This document shows positions 6,931 to 14,433 of a DNA stretch of 14,433 bases, in pieces. The stretch's first letter is position 1. The number at the start of each line of letters is the position of its first letter. Source of the DNA: Bdellovibrio sp. (lineage in GTDB: Bacteria; Bdellovibrionota; Bdellovibrionia; Bdellovibrionales; Bdellovibrionaceae); contig JBKCUU010000013.1 of assembly GCA_046318155.1 (NCBI GenBank), positions 1-14,433 on the forward strand. Reading direction: 5' to 3'. The position numbers and the translations under genes are program-made. Below the pieces are notes generated by a model that was given only the letters and a program-made list of their open reading frames with translations, had not been told where the DNA came from and did not search any database.

Positions 6931-9179
6931 GTCGAGCCTCCCGTTCCTGTCTTTTTCATCTGAGGCATGGCTTGCGGCATCGTCGGCGACTTCATGTTCG
7001 GAGCCGCTTTGGGAGCAATTTTGGGAGGTTCGTTCGAGAAAATCTCTCGTGGAATAATCACGCCTTTTTGCTCAAGCTTTTCAATAAAAGTCGGAATCAA
7101 ACCCATCGCTTGAAACTGCCCGATGATTTTTCGGTTTTTATCAAACCCTGTTTCTTTAAAACGAAAGATCTCTTGCAAGGTGACCGTATCACCCTGCATA
7201 CCGCACACTTCGGTGACGCTGATAATTTTACGACTGCCGTCCGACAAACGCGAAATTTGAATGATCAGATTGACCGCGCTGGCAATTTGCTCTCGAATCG
7301 CCCGAAGCGGAAGATCCATTCCTGACATTAAACACAGAGTTTCAAGACGTGCGATACACTCACGAGGTGAGTTGGCGTGCGTCGTGGTCATCGAACCATC
7401 GTGACCAGTATTCATGGCTTGCAACATATCAAGAGCGGCACCGTCACGGGTTTCTCCCACGACGATTCGGTCGGGCCGCATCCGCAAGGCATTTTTGATC
7501 AAATCCCGGATGGTCACAGCGCCGGTGCCCTCCATATTTGCGGGACGTGTTTCAAGCCTCACGACGTGGGGCTGCTGCATTTGTAACTCGGCCGCATCCT
7601 CGACGGTGACAACGCGAACATTGGACGGAATAAATCCTGACATCATGTTTAAGAGACTGGTTTTACCTGAACCAGTACCACCCGAGATCACGATATTGAG
7701 CGAGTTCTCAACGCACAGTTTGAGGAAATCAACCATCGGTTTGGTGACAGATCCGTATTCAATATAGCGCTCGGCGGTGATCCCGCCTTTTTTAAATTTA
7801 CGAATAGTCACCGCGGGCCCATCGATCGAGAGGGGCTCGATAATGGCATTCACCCGACTTCCATCTTTAAGACGAGCATCGACGTAAGGCGTTTTTTCAT
7901 CGATACGTCGCCCGAGTGGAGTGACGATCCGTTCGATCACGTTACGAAGGTGCATGTTAGAGGTAAAAGTCGTCGTGCTGAGAGTGATCTTTCCGGCCCG
8001 CTCGATAAAGATTTTTTTGTAACCATTGACCATAATCTCGGTCACGGCAGGATCAGCCAGAAGATCTTCTAAGGGTCCAAGTCCCAAGGCTTCTTCGAGA
8101 ACCTCTTTAATCAGACGCGAGCGCTCATCGCGCTGAGTGCCCGAAGCTTGACGGTCAATGATTGTCGTAATGGTGGCAACGGTCTTTTGTCGAAGCGCTT
8201 CTTCTTTTGCGCGGTCGCCGTTGGTATCCGCGACGCCTTTTTTCAGGTCCATCACTTTGATGAGTTCGTGGTGAATTCGCATTTTCAGCAAGTCCCGGGG
8301 ATCAATTTCTTCATCTCCACCGCTCACGAGGTTTGCGGCTGCCTGCGCGGCTGTGGTGGGCGCTTTTTGAGCTGTGTCACCTTTGGCGGCAATCGCAGCC
8401 GCCTGAGGCTTTTGCAAGGCCTTGAGTTTTTGCAGAGGTCCACCTGTTAATTTACGAACCAAGTCATGATAAGCAATAGCCACTGGAGTCTTGTTCGCGC
8501 CAATCACAAAAGGTGTCGACTTCGATAAGCTCTGCGCCGTCGTCACGTCGTCTTGAGGAATAAGTCCCAAGGGATTTAATCGTAAACTCTGCGCAATGGC
8601 CTGGGGCGAGAGCGCTCCGGGTCCCGACTTGTTGATCACGAGTTGAAACATTTCAAGAGGAAATGTTTGTGTGAGTAGATCCTGGACGAGCCTCTGGGTT
8701 TGATTGATCACCAAAACTTCAGGTGCCGTGATCATCATGGCCACAGTCGCTTCTTGAAGCATCATCAACTGAAAAGCCTGCAAATCGTTTCCAAGATCAA
8801 CAACGATGTATTTGTAATGGCGAGACAAGAACTCGAGCGGCTTTAAGAAGGCGTCAGGTGCGACTTTGAAAGATTCTTCGGGGCCGCGAACGGCGCCGAT
8901 GTAGGCCAAGCCTGAAGAGTGCGTCGTGACGATTTGTGGTAAGTTTTGCGGCGTCAGCGAGCCCTGAAAGCTGGCGATTTCGCCGATGGTTTTTTGTGGA
9001 CGAATCCCAAGGATCACGTTTTGATCACCAGCGGATTTGCCGTCGGCATCGATGAGCAAAACTTGCGATCGCTGCTCCAGCATTAAGGCCATGGCAAAGT
9101 TAGCTGCGAAAACGGATTTTCCGACCCCGCCTTTTCCGCCGAGGACCGCGATCAGATGACATGTCGGACTCGTAATCAT
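6927..9179 (-). CDS. tadA: Fused TadZ/CpaE (MinD/ParA-like) and TadA/CpaF pilus assembly ATPase, 750 aa (start corrected to ATG 9179)
   Basis: AGGGAG RBS before ATG 9179; N-terminal deviant Walker A GGKGGVGKS and VVDLG; C-terminal GGTGSGKTS, VEDAAEL, LRMRPDRIVVGE and AMNTGHDGSMTTTHANS. Confidence 0.95.
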   Translation of the reverse strand: MITSPTCHLIAVLGGKGGVGKSVFAANFAMALMLEQRSQVLLIDADGKSAGDQNVILGIRPQKTIGEIASFQGSLTPQNLPQIVTTHSSGLAYIGAVRGPEESFKVAPDAFLKPLEFLSRHYKYIVVDLGNDLQAFQLMMLQEATVAMMITAPEVLVINQTQRLVQDLLTQTFPLEMFQLVINKSGPGALSPQAIAQSLRLNPLGLIPQDDVTTAQSLSKSTPFVIGANKTPVAIAYHDLVRKLTGGPLQKLKALQKPQAAAIAAKGDTAQKAPTTAAQAAANLVSGGDEEIDPRDLLKMRIHHELIKVMDLKKGVADTNGDRAKEEALRQKTVATITTIIDRQASGTQRDERSRLIKEVLEEALGLGPLEDLLADPAVTEIMVNGYKKIFIERAGKITLSTTTFTSNMHLRNVIERIVTPLGRRIDEKTPYVDARLKDGSRVNAIIEPLSIDGPAVTIRKFKKGGITAERYIEYGSVTKPMVDFLKLCVENSLNIVISGGTGSGKTSLLNMMSGFIPSNVRVVTVEDAAELQMQQPHVVRLETRPANMEGTGAVTIRDLIKNALRMRPDRIVVGETRDGAALDMLQAMNTGHDGSMTTTHANSPRECIARLETLCLMSGMDLPLRAIREQIASAVNLIIQISRLSDGSRKIISVTEVCGMQGDTVTLQEIFRFKETGFDKNRKIIGQFQAMGLIPTFIEKLEQKGVIIPREIFSNEPPKIAPKAAPNMKSPTMPQAMPQMKKTGTGGST

Positions 9180-9231
9180 GCATAGACTCCCTTCATCTTT
9201 TCGGAAAAAGCAGGGACTTGCAATACCGACC

Positions 9232-10920
9232 TTAGTCGCGAAGACGGAACTTCTTTTTGATCTTCTCGGACCCGGCGCTAGCCGAGCTCTTGATGATCGG
9301 CGTGATAAAGACCACGAACTGGCTCTGGTTACGCTGAAACTGCCGTGAAGCATACAAGCTAATGATGGGGTTCGAGGCGACGCCATCAGGCAACTTGTTA
9401 AAGTCGGTATTCGCGCGGTTGGTAATCAAGCCGCCCACGGCGGCACTTTGTCCGCTACGCACAACAATGTCGGTTTGCATCTGATTGTTCGAAGTCAAAG
9501 GACCTGCCGTCGAGAAACCACTTAAGGACGAGATCTCAAATTCGATCGTCAAGTTGATTGAGTCCGAACGCTCACCCAAGATTATCGGTGTGATCCCGCT
9601 CTGCATACCGACGCGCTTAAACGAGGTGACCGGAGTTCCTTGTCCGCCTTGTGCGGTCGTGTAGGGAACCTCTTGAAAAGAGTTGAGAACACCTTTTTTG
9701 CCATCTTGAACAATCAAGCTTGAGCTCTCGAGAATGCGGCCGTAACCATGCTGCTTGGCCCAGTTGAGCTTGGGCAGCAAACTATCGATGACGCCCGTAA
9801 TGCTGGTTGACGCTCCTCCGCCAGCATCACCGGCTTGAAAAGTAATGCCAGAGCCGTCTTTTAAGTTCGGCATAAATTGAAATCGAAAGCTTTTATTGTA
9901 GTTCTTTGCGAGCTCAACGTAATGAATAACCAACTGAACGATTTTACCAGGCGGTGGTGCCGGCTGTTGCTTGATCGTAATCATATTAATAACACCATCA
10001 TTGGCCGCGCGCTGACGTCTGACGATATTTTCGGCCTCGGCTTTTTCGACAAATATAGGCGGAACGTAAAGCTTCGCGATAACCTCGGCTCGCTTGGCTT
10101 CGTCCTCACTATTGGCGGTTCCTTGTAAAATAAACTTGTCGTTAACGGCGCGGACTTCAATTTCGGGATTGTTAATGTCGCGAGCGATAAACTCGGCGAT
10201 TTTCTTTTGTGCCATGGGCGAAATCGAAACCATCGACGTTGCTTGATCGCCATACTGGCTGACGACGTTGTAAATGCGGTTCATATCGCGCGGCAAAAGA
10301 ATTTGTCCGTCGATAATGACCTTGTTATTCACAACCTTGATCTGCAGACCCTCGATGTCTCCGAGTAGGCCTTGCATTTCACGCATGATTGTATCGAGAC
10401 GGCTTTTGCGGACCTCGATTCGATATTCAGCAACGGCAAGACCGCGCGCATCGTGAACCGTTAAGGTGCCGACCCCTTCACGAGTGGGTTTGAAGCGAAT
10501 CGAGTTGATTTCTTTTGCAAACGAAGCCGCAGTTACGCGTCTAAAGTCACCTTTGAAGGAAATCGACTTAGGAACGGGGGGAAGCTTCTCATCGTGCTCA
10601 ACACCCATTGTGAGAGTAATAAAGCGGCGAGGACGAGCCGGTTTTTTCTTTTCGTTTTCTTCGTTCTCGCGCGAAACGCGTGCAAAGGGCGTTGTGGCAT
10701 CAGCGGCAGGATCAACAGGCGCGGCTTGAGTCGACCCACGGACTTGAGTCTCGGGATCGCCAAAAATTTGTTTTTCAACTTCAGTCATGGGCTTTTTTTC
10801 AGCTTCTTCGGCTGGAGCGATGGCTGGATCGGGCGCCTGCGCCCAAACGGGCACCGCCACGATCAGCGACCAAGCGCTGACGGCGGGGATCAGGATCTTT
10901 TTAAGGTGGCGAGTGTTCAT
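9232..10920 (-). CDS. rcpA: Tad pilus secretin RcpA/CpaC with BON-like periplasmic domains, 562 aa
   Basis: GGAG RBS; signal peptide (VWA); Ig-like N domain (GVGTLTVHD); BON-like segments (IQIK/IEVRAVNDKFILQG type); secretin C-domain (TDIVVRSGQSAAVGGLI...QFVVFITPII); position between cpaB and tadA. Confidence 0.88.
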   Translation of the reverse strand: MNTRHLKKILIPAVSAWSLIVAVPVWAQAPDPAIAPAEEAEKKPMTEVEKQIFGDPETQVRGSTQAAPVDPAADATTPFARVSRENEENEKKKPARPRRFITLTMGVEHDEKLPPVPKSISFKGDFRRVTAASFAKEINSIRFKPTREGVGTLTVHDARGLAVAEYRIEVRKSRLDTIMREMQGLLGDIEGLQIKVVNNKVIIDGQILLPRDMNRIYNVVSQYGDQATSMVSISPMAQKKIAEFIARDINNPEIEVRAVNDKFILQGTANSEDEAKRAEVIAKLYVPPIFVEKAEAENIVRRQRAANDGVINMITIKQQPAPPPGKIVQLVIHYVELAKNYNKSFRFQFMPNLKDGSGITFQAGDAGGGASTSITGVIDSLLPKLNWAKQHGYGRILESSSLIVQDGKKGVLNSFQEVPYTTAQGGQGTPVTSFKRVGMQSGITPIILGERSDSINLTIEFEISSLSGFSTAGPLTSNNQMQTDIVVRSGQSAAVGGLITNRANTDFNKLPDGVASNPIISLYASRQFQRNQSQFVVFITPIIKSSASAGSEKIKKKFRLRD

Positions 10921-10959
10921 ATTGTCTCCAAAAAAATTCCAGGACCAACGAGCTAAGTA

Positions 10960-11823
10960 TCAAAAAGTTCTTCGTGGAGGCGGTGCGGCCGTCCGTGGCA
11001 GAAGCGGGCTGGCTCCAGCTGGCGGCAGAACCGGCTCGGTGACTGAGGGACGGCCTAAGATCGTTTCTGAAGTCGCAGCGGGCATCCTTTGCAAATTCTG
11101 TTTGTCATTCGGATTTCGTAAAGTAAAAAAGATGTTCCCGGGCGCCGTCGAAAGAATGTAGATCAAGTCTTGTGCTTCGCGCGGGCTGACTTCGACCGTG
11201 ACCGATGAATACTTGGTGTCACCAATCAATGAAGTTTGCATGATATTCTTGGTATTGGAATCCAGGTCAAATGTGCGGGGAATGTTGTTAATGACATTCA
11301 CTCCCGTGGCCAAAATCGGAACGTCGGTCAACAAGGTGACGACTTCGCGTTTGGCATTCATTCCTCTGCCAGAATCAAGTGCCGTTACGATGTCGACGCG
11401 GTCGCCAGGACGAATCAACTTCGCAACTCCGCGCACCTCATCAACTGGAAGGGTGATTGCACGTTTTGTTGGTGAGACTTGCAATGAAATTCCTGTCTCA
11501 GGGCCCGGCTGTAAAAGCTTATTGGCCAAAATCTGTTCACCCTTTTTTATCGGGGCTGCCGCGACGTGCCCTATGATCGATTCAGGATCAATCACGGCAC
11601 CGGGCTCAACATAGTTGGCAGGTTTTTGAGTAATTTCGATCAATGTGTCGTCAATCGTTTGAAGCTCTCGAATTTCTTGTTTGGCGGTCACGACGTTTGT
11701 CATGGTCCCATACGATTTGTCGTACTCAGCTTTCTTCTCTTGCGAGTAGCTATACAGAAGAAAGGCTGCAAAGAGCCCCGCGCCTAGCGAGATCCATAAT
11801 GTCTTAGTTTCGTTGCCGCCCAT
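10960..11823 (-). CDS. cpaB: Flp pilus assembly protein CpaB/RcpC
   Basis: N-terminal TM; SAF domain (VVTAKQEI...APIKKGEQIL); RAITLPVDEVRGVAKLIRPGDRVDI; VTVEVSPREAQDL; TLRNPND. Confidence 0.95.
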   Translation of the reverse strand: MGGNETKTLWISLGAGLFAAFLLYSYSQEKKAEYDKSYGTMTNVVTAKQEIRELQTIDDTLIEITQKPANYVEPGAVIDPESIIGHVAAAPIKKGEQILANKLLQPGPETGISLQVSPTKRAITLPVDEVRGVAKLIRPGDRVDIVTALDSGRGMNAKREVVTLLTDVPILATGVNVINNIPRTFDLDSNTKNIMQTSLIGDTKYSSVTVEVSPREAQDLIYILSTAPGNIFFTLRNPNDKQNLQRMPAATSETILGRPSVTEPVLPPAGASPLLPRTAAPPPRRTF

Positions 11824-11846
11824 ACTTCCCCCTGGTGTCCATCACT

Positions 11847-12398
11847 TTACTTCGTACATTTGGAGTTCAAACAAATTCCATAAAGAACCTGAATCCAAAC
11901 GGGCGAAACCCCGCTGCGTCCTTCATCGGGTGTTTTTCCAGTAAAAATATCTGAAACTTTGCCGGTGTCTGCCACTTGGCGCACCAGCTGTTTGTGGTCG
12001 CTCGAAGAACCTACGTTCTCGACGCCATTCTTAAGGTCAGTGAACTTGATTGGCCGGCGCGTGACGGGCCATTTGTCTTGAAGCTCTTCACCGCGTCCCT
12101 CAGTAATGATGCCGTGAAATCGATATTGAACTTTGCTGTAATTAGACTTCATGGTGTCTGAGGTGGGGTCAATGTCTCGTAAATAATTGAGGTTGGCGCG
12201 GTTTCGAAAAGTTTCAAAAGTGTAGTTTCGTGCCGCAATAGAGTTCAAGATTCCGGAGTGAATGACACCAAAGAATCCCAGCGTAAAGTTGAACATCATC
12301 GCAAACATCAAAATTACGGGAACCAACTCGATCGTTGCGATTCCGCGCTGACTCGAGAGCCGAGACTTTTGCGATAGAGGCAGCTGCTTTGTTAACAT
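11847..12398 (-). CDS. TadE/TadG-like minor pilin (pseudopilin), 183 aa
   Basis: Class III signal SQRG|IATIEL then hydrophobic helix; IAARN motif; C-terminal CLNSKC; start overlaps upstream stop (ATGTTAA). Confidence 0.8.
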   Translation of the reverse strand: MLTKQLPLSQKSRLSSQRGIATIELVPVILMFAMMFNFTLGFFGVIHSGILNSIAARNYTFETFRNRANLNYLRDIDPTSDTMKSNYSKVQYRFHGIITEGRGEELQDKWPVTRRPIKFTDLKNGVENVGSSSDHKQLVRQVADTGKVSDIFTGKTPDEGRSGVSPVWIQVLYGICLNSKCTK

Positions 12399-13018
12399 CC
12401 GTTATCCTCCATCGCGACGTAAGCAGTTTGCTGATAAAAACCTTGTCCTGACGGCAACTGCCCTAGAGCCGTCCGCCTTTTTTCGAAAAAATCTTTGCAT
12501 TCTTTTTGTGAAGGCTCACGAATCATCATGGCATTGAGACGAGTTTTGAAGGCATTGCCATCCTCTTCGGGGTCCGTCTTGCCTAACAGCGGAAGATTCA
12601 TTGTTAAAATTTTTGCCTGCAGAGGTGCGCTGACACCCAAAAACCAGTTTCGGTTTGGCATATCAGAACCGCCGCCGAGATCAGCACCAAATGTTTTTGA
12701 ATCAGCAGAGACTCCGCCGCGAACATCGAGCTCATCAGGCTTCACCAGGACGAACCATTTATTGGCGTACAACGAGGAGATCGCGCTTCGGCCCGTTGTC
12801 AGTTGTTTGAATTTATCGATAGCAGCCTTTTTTTGTGCCGCAGGATCTTTATTGGAGCCTAAGTGCGCCCGCGCCGCTGAGTAGACGACATACTGGGTCA
12901 CTTCGACCACGGCCAACGTATAACTGACCGAGAACAACAAAATAGCTAAACCGGCCGACACCGTCAGTGCAAAAATAAACTCCATCGTCACTAGACCACG
13001 CTGATTTTGCATCGTCAT
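12392..13018 (-). CDS. TadE-like minor pilin (pseudopilin), 208 aa
   Basis: NQRG|LVTMEF then TM; YSAARA motif; REPSQKEC and C-terminal DNGC; ATGA coupling to upstream gene. Confidence 0.82.
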   Translation of the reverse strand: MTMQNQRGLVTMEFIFALTVSAGLAILLFSVSYTLAVVEVTQYVVYSAARAHLGSNKDPAAQKKAAIDKFKQLTTGRSAISSLYANKWFVLVKPDELDVRGGVSADSKTFGADLGGGSDMPNRNWFLGVSAPLQAKILTMNLPLLGKTDPEEDGNAFKTRLNAMMIREPSQKECKDFFEKRRTALGQLPSGQGFYQQTAYVAMEDNGC

Positions 13019-13287
13019 AGAGTTTTCGGGTCAAGCGATAAGACCCGCTCCTTGGTGTTGGGATGGAGTCCGGGAGCCTTGGTGTCGACTCCGCAGGGAG
13101 TCCATGTTCCGCATTGGATCATGCCATTCAGGCGTCCCCAGGGTTCGATCGTAAACTTTTGCGCGATCTTCGTGTCTTTAAAAAACTTTTGAAAGAGCAA
13201 GCCGACACCAAAAACGACCACCATCATCAAAATGTACTCGACGATGACTTGGCCTTTTTGATTTTTAATACCGGCTTGTCTCTTCAT
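13015..13287 (-). CDS. Small Flp-like minor pilin, 90 aa (start corrected to ATG 13287)
   Basis: MKRQAGIKNQKG|QVIVEYILMMVVV; ATG overlaps the peptidase stop (ATGA); Cys pair QCGTWTPCG. Confidence 0.8.
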   Translation of the reverse strand: MKRQAGIKNQKGQVIVEYILMMVVVFGVGLLFQKFFKDTKIAQKFTIEPWGRLNGMIQCGTWTPCGVDTKAPGLHPNTKERVLSLDPKTL

Positions 13288-13796
13288 AGCAACGAGACTC
13301 CTCTTTGGAGGAGCGACCAATGCGTGAGAAAGCCAAACAAGATGGCAATTGTGTATGGAATTTTATGAAGTTGCTTCTGCTCAACTGGATTTTTGAAAGC
13401 CAAACTCAAGATGTTGCCAAAAAAAGCACGGCTTTCTTTGCGCAAAAGGACCATGATGATTCCAAGTAGTGCGCCCCACACCAGTGAGAAGGCGAGAGTG
13501 GAGGCGATGTCCGACCAAGCCCAAAGGGGACTGATGGCCACAACAAGTTTTAAATCGCCGCCGCCAACTGCGCGCATCAGATAAAGCGGGAGGCAGAAGG
13601 CAAAGGCACCAACGATTGAAGTCATAATTTGAACAGAGGAACCTGGGCCAAACAGTACCAGCGCGGACCAGAGAGACACGACGAAGATCGAGGTAACAAG
13701 TGAATTGTGGACCTTGCGAGATCGAAGATCATCGATCACGCTCGCCCCGATCAGGAGCAGCGTTATAATAAAAGCGCAGGTGAGTCCTTCAAGCAT
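13284..13796 (-). CDS. cpaA: Prepilin peptidase TadV/CpaA (A24 family), 170 aa (start corrected to ATG 13796)
   Basis: Catalytic Asp motifs DDLRSRKVHN and GGGDLKL, C-terminal IPYTIAI, highly hydrophobic. Confidence 0.93.
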   Translation of the reverse strand: MLEGLTCAFIITLLLIGASVIDDLRSRKVHNSLVTSIFVVSLWSALVLFGPGSSVQIMTSIVGAFAFCLPLYLMRAVGGGDLKLVVAISPLWAWSDIASTLAFSLVWGALLGIIMVLLRKESRAFFGNILSLAFKNPVEQKQLHKIPYTIAILFGFLTHWSLLQRGVSLL

Positions 13797-13800
13797 AGTT

Positions 13801-13992
13801 TCATTTTTCAATCCAGTCAGTGGCAGGTCTTGTGCCATCCGACGAGAATCTTTCCCCAGTGATCAAATGCTTTTCGACGCGAGCTCCGAGCTTGGGGCCC
13901 GCATTACGAAAAGCATCGTTTGGACCGGTGTAAATCACCTTCATGACGAACAAAACAAAGCAGCTTAGAAGCAGAATGTATTCGACCGTCAT
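13801..13992 (-). CDS. Flp-like pilin lacking an N-terminal leader, 63 aa
   Basis: Begins MTVEYILLLSCFVLFVMKV (pilin EY plus hydrophobic helix); AAGGTG RBS 5 nt before ATG; lies between flp and cpaA. Confidence 0.75.
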   Translation of the reverse strand: MTVEYILLLSCFVLFVMKVIYTGPNDAFRNAGPKLGARVEKHLITGERFSSDGTRPATDWIEK

Positions 13993-14007
13993 GAAAGCAC
14001 CTTTCGG

Positions 14008-14193
14008 TTACTCAGAAAAGCCCGTGAAGCTATCCGACACAGATGACATTTTCGTCGTCACCATTCCTTTAATTTTATCCTTAAAGATGGCTGCTACGGC
14101 CAAGACAACCACGATCAAAAGAACGTACTCCGCCATCCCTTGACCAGATTCGTCTTTCCAAAGTGTCTTCAAAAACTTATTCATCTTTTTCAC
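14008..14193 (-). CDS. flp: Flp major pilin, 61 aa
   Basis: LWKDESG|QGMAEYVLLIVVVLAVA Flp motif; AAGGGGG RBS before GTG 14193 (ATG 14184 is an alternative); first gene of the operon. Confidence 0.93.
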   Translation of the reverse strand: MKKMNKFLKTLWKDESGQGMAEYVLLIVVVLAVAAIFKDKIKGMVTTKMSSVSDSFTGFSE

Positions 14194-14235
14194 TGATTCC
14201 CCCTTGCTTTAAAAAAGCGGTGTCACACACTCAGC

Positions 14236-14262
14236 GTTTCGGTTGATGCCGAGATTTTTTTA
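14236..14262 (-). promoter_or_regulatory. Candidate sigma28 (FliA)-type promoter for the flp/tad operon
   Basis: Minus strand TAAA-N15-ACCGAAAC versus consensus TAAA-N15-GCCGATAA: exact spacing and CCGA core, 43 nt upstream of the flp start. Confidence 0.5.
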
Positions 14263-14289
14263 AGAGGAGATTGGGCCTTAGGGCTTGAA

Positions 14290-14304
14290 GTCTCAAAATG
14301 AGAC
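14290..14304. promoter_or_regulatory. Perfect palindrome GTCTCA-AAA-TGAGAC upstream of the flp promoter
   Basis: 6-3-6 dyad read directly; near copy at 3966-3980. Confidence 0.5.
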
Positions 14305-14349
14305 AGTGACGCTGACAAAGAATCAGTCAGGCCTCGACGAAGAAAGAGC

Positions 14350-14374
14350 AAATCGTCGAGGGTTTCGACGATTT
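14350..14374. repeat. Perfect 10-bp inverted repeat AAATCGTCGA-GGGTT-TCGACGATTT
   Basis: Read directly; contains GTC-N9-GAC at 14355-14369. Confidence 0.6.
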
Positions 14375-14407
14375 CCCCTTCAAAAGTGCCTGCTTCCCAA
14401 TGCAGAA

Positions 14408-14433
14408 GCGTGCCGCCATCAAACGCGGCACGC
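14408..14433. repeat. Perfect 9-bp inverted repeat GCGTGCCGC-N8-GCGGCACGC (runs to window edge)
   Basis: Read directly; may extend beyond the window. Confidence 0.5.

Noticed and set aside
9180..9386. 69-aa N-terminal extension of TadA in the track
   Set aside because: Overlaps the secretin 3' end; the AGGGAG RBS supports ATG 9179.
13288..13838. Track starts at 13320 (minor pilin) and 13838 (peptidase)
   Set aside because: Both create long overlaps with upstream genes; ATG 13287 (ATGA coupling) and ATG 13796 fit the operon packing.
4788..14143. Numerous + strand and off-frame ORFs of 60-181 aa across the operon
   Set aside because: Antisense or shadow frames of well-supported genes, with no recognisable motifs.
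14401..14415. Minus-strand CGGCACGCTTCTGCA as a sigma54 promoter for flp
   Set aside because: GG-to-GC spacing is 9 rather than the strictly required 10.

Overview
The window is best read as the 'hit' (host-interaction) locus of a Bdellovibrio-like predator. This assignment rests on gene order and motifs recalled from B. bacteriovorus HD100 (about Bd0099-Bd0119); no database search was run. Left to right: the 3' end of groEL and its terminator; an accessory slot holding a decayed subtilase (S8) C-terminal fragment and a secreted HExxH protein; a large secreted protein with FlgT-C-like and beta-barrel features; and a divergent CheY-like receiver plus small membrane protein. A long minus-strand Tad/Flp pilus operon follows: flp, leaderless pilin-like gene, prepilin peptidase, three minor pilins, cpaB, secretin, TadZ-TadA fusion ATPase and tadB. 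The operon continues into a secreted, toxin-less DUF6531/YD-repeat (RHS-like) protein and a Hit/Bd0108-like small secreted protein. The most notable observation is a 59-aa secreted peptide gene (3574..3753, absent from the ORF track). It has its own candidate sigma54 promoter and shares the motif C-x(1,2)-R-S-x2-G-[IL]-F-x2-[ST]-N with the Hit-like protein, suggesting a two-peptide plus RHS-scaffold plus Tad pilus module. A GTCTCA-N3-TGAGAC-type palindrome recurs at both ends of the operon. Several start codons in the ORF track are corrected.
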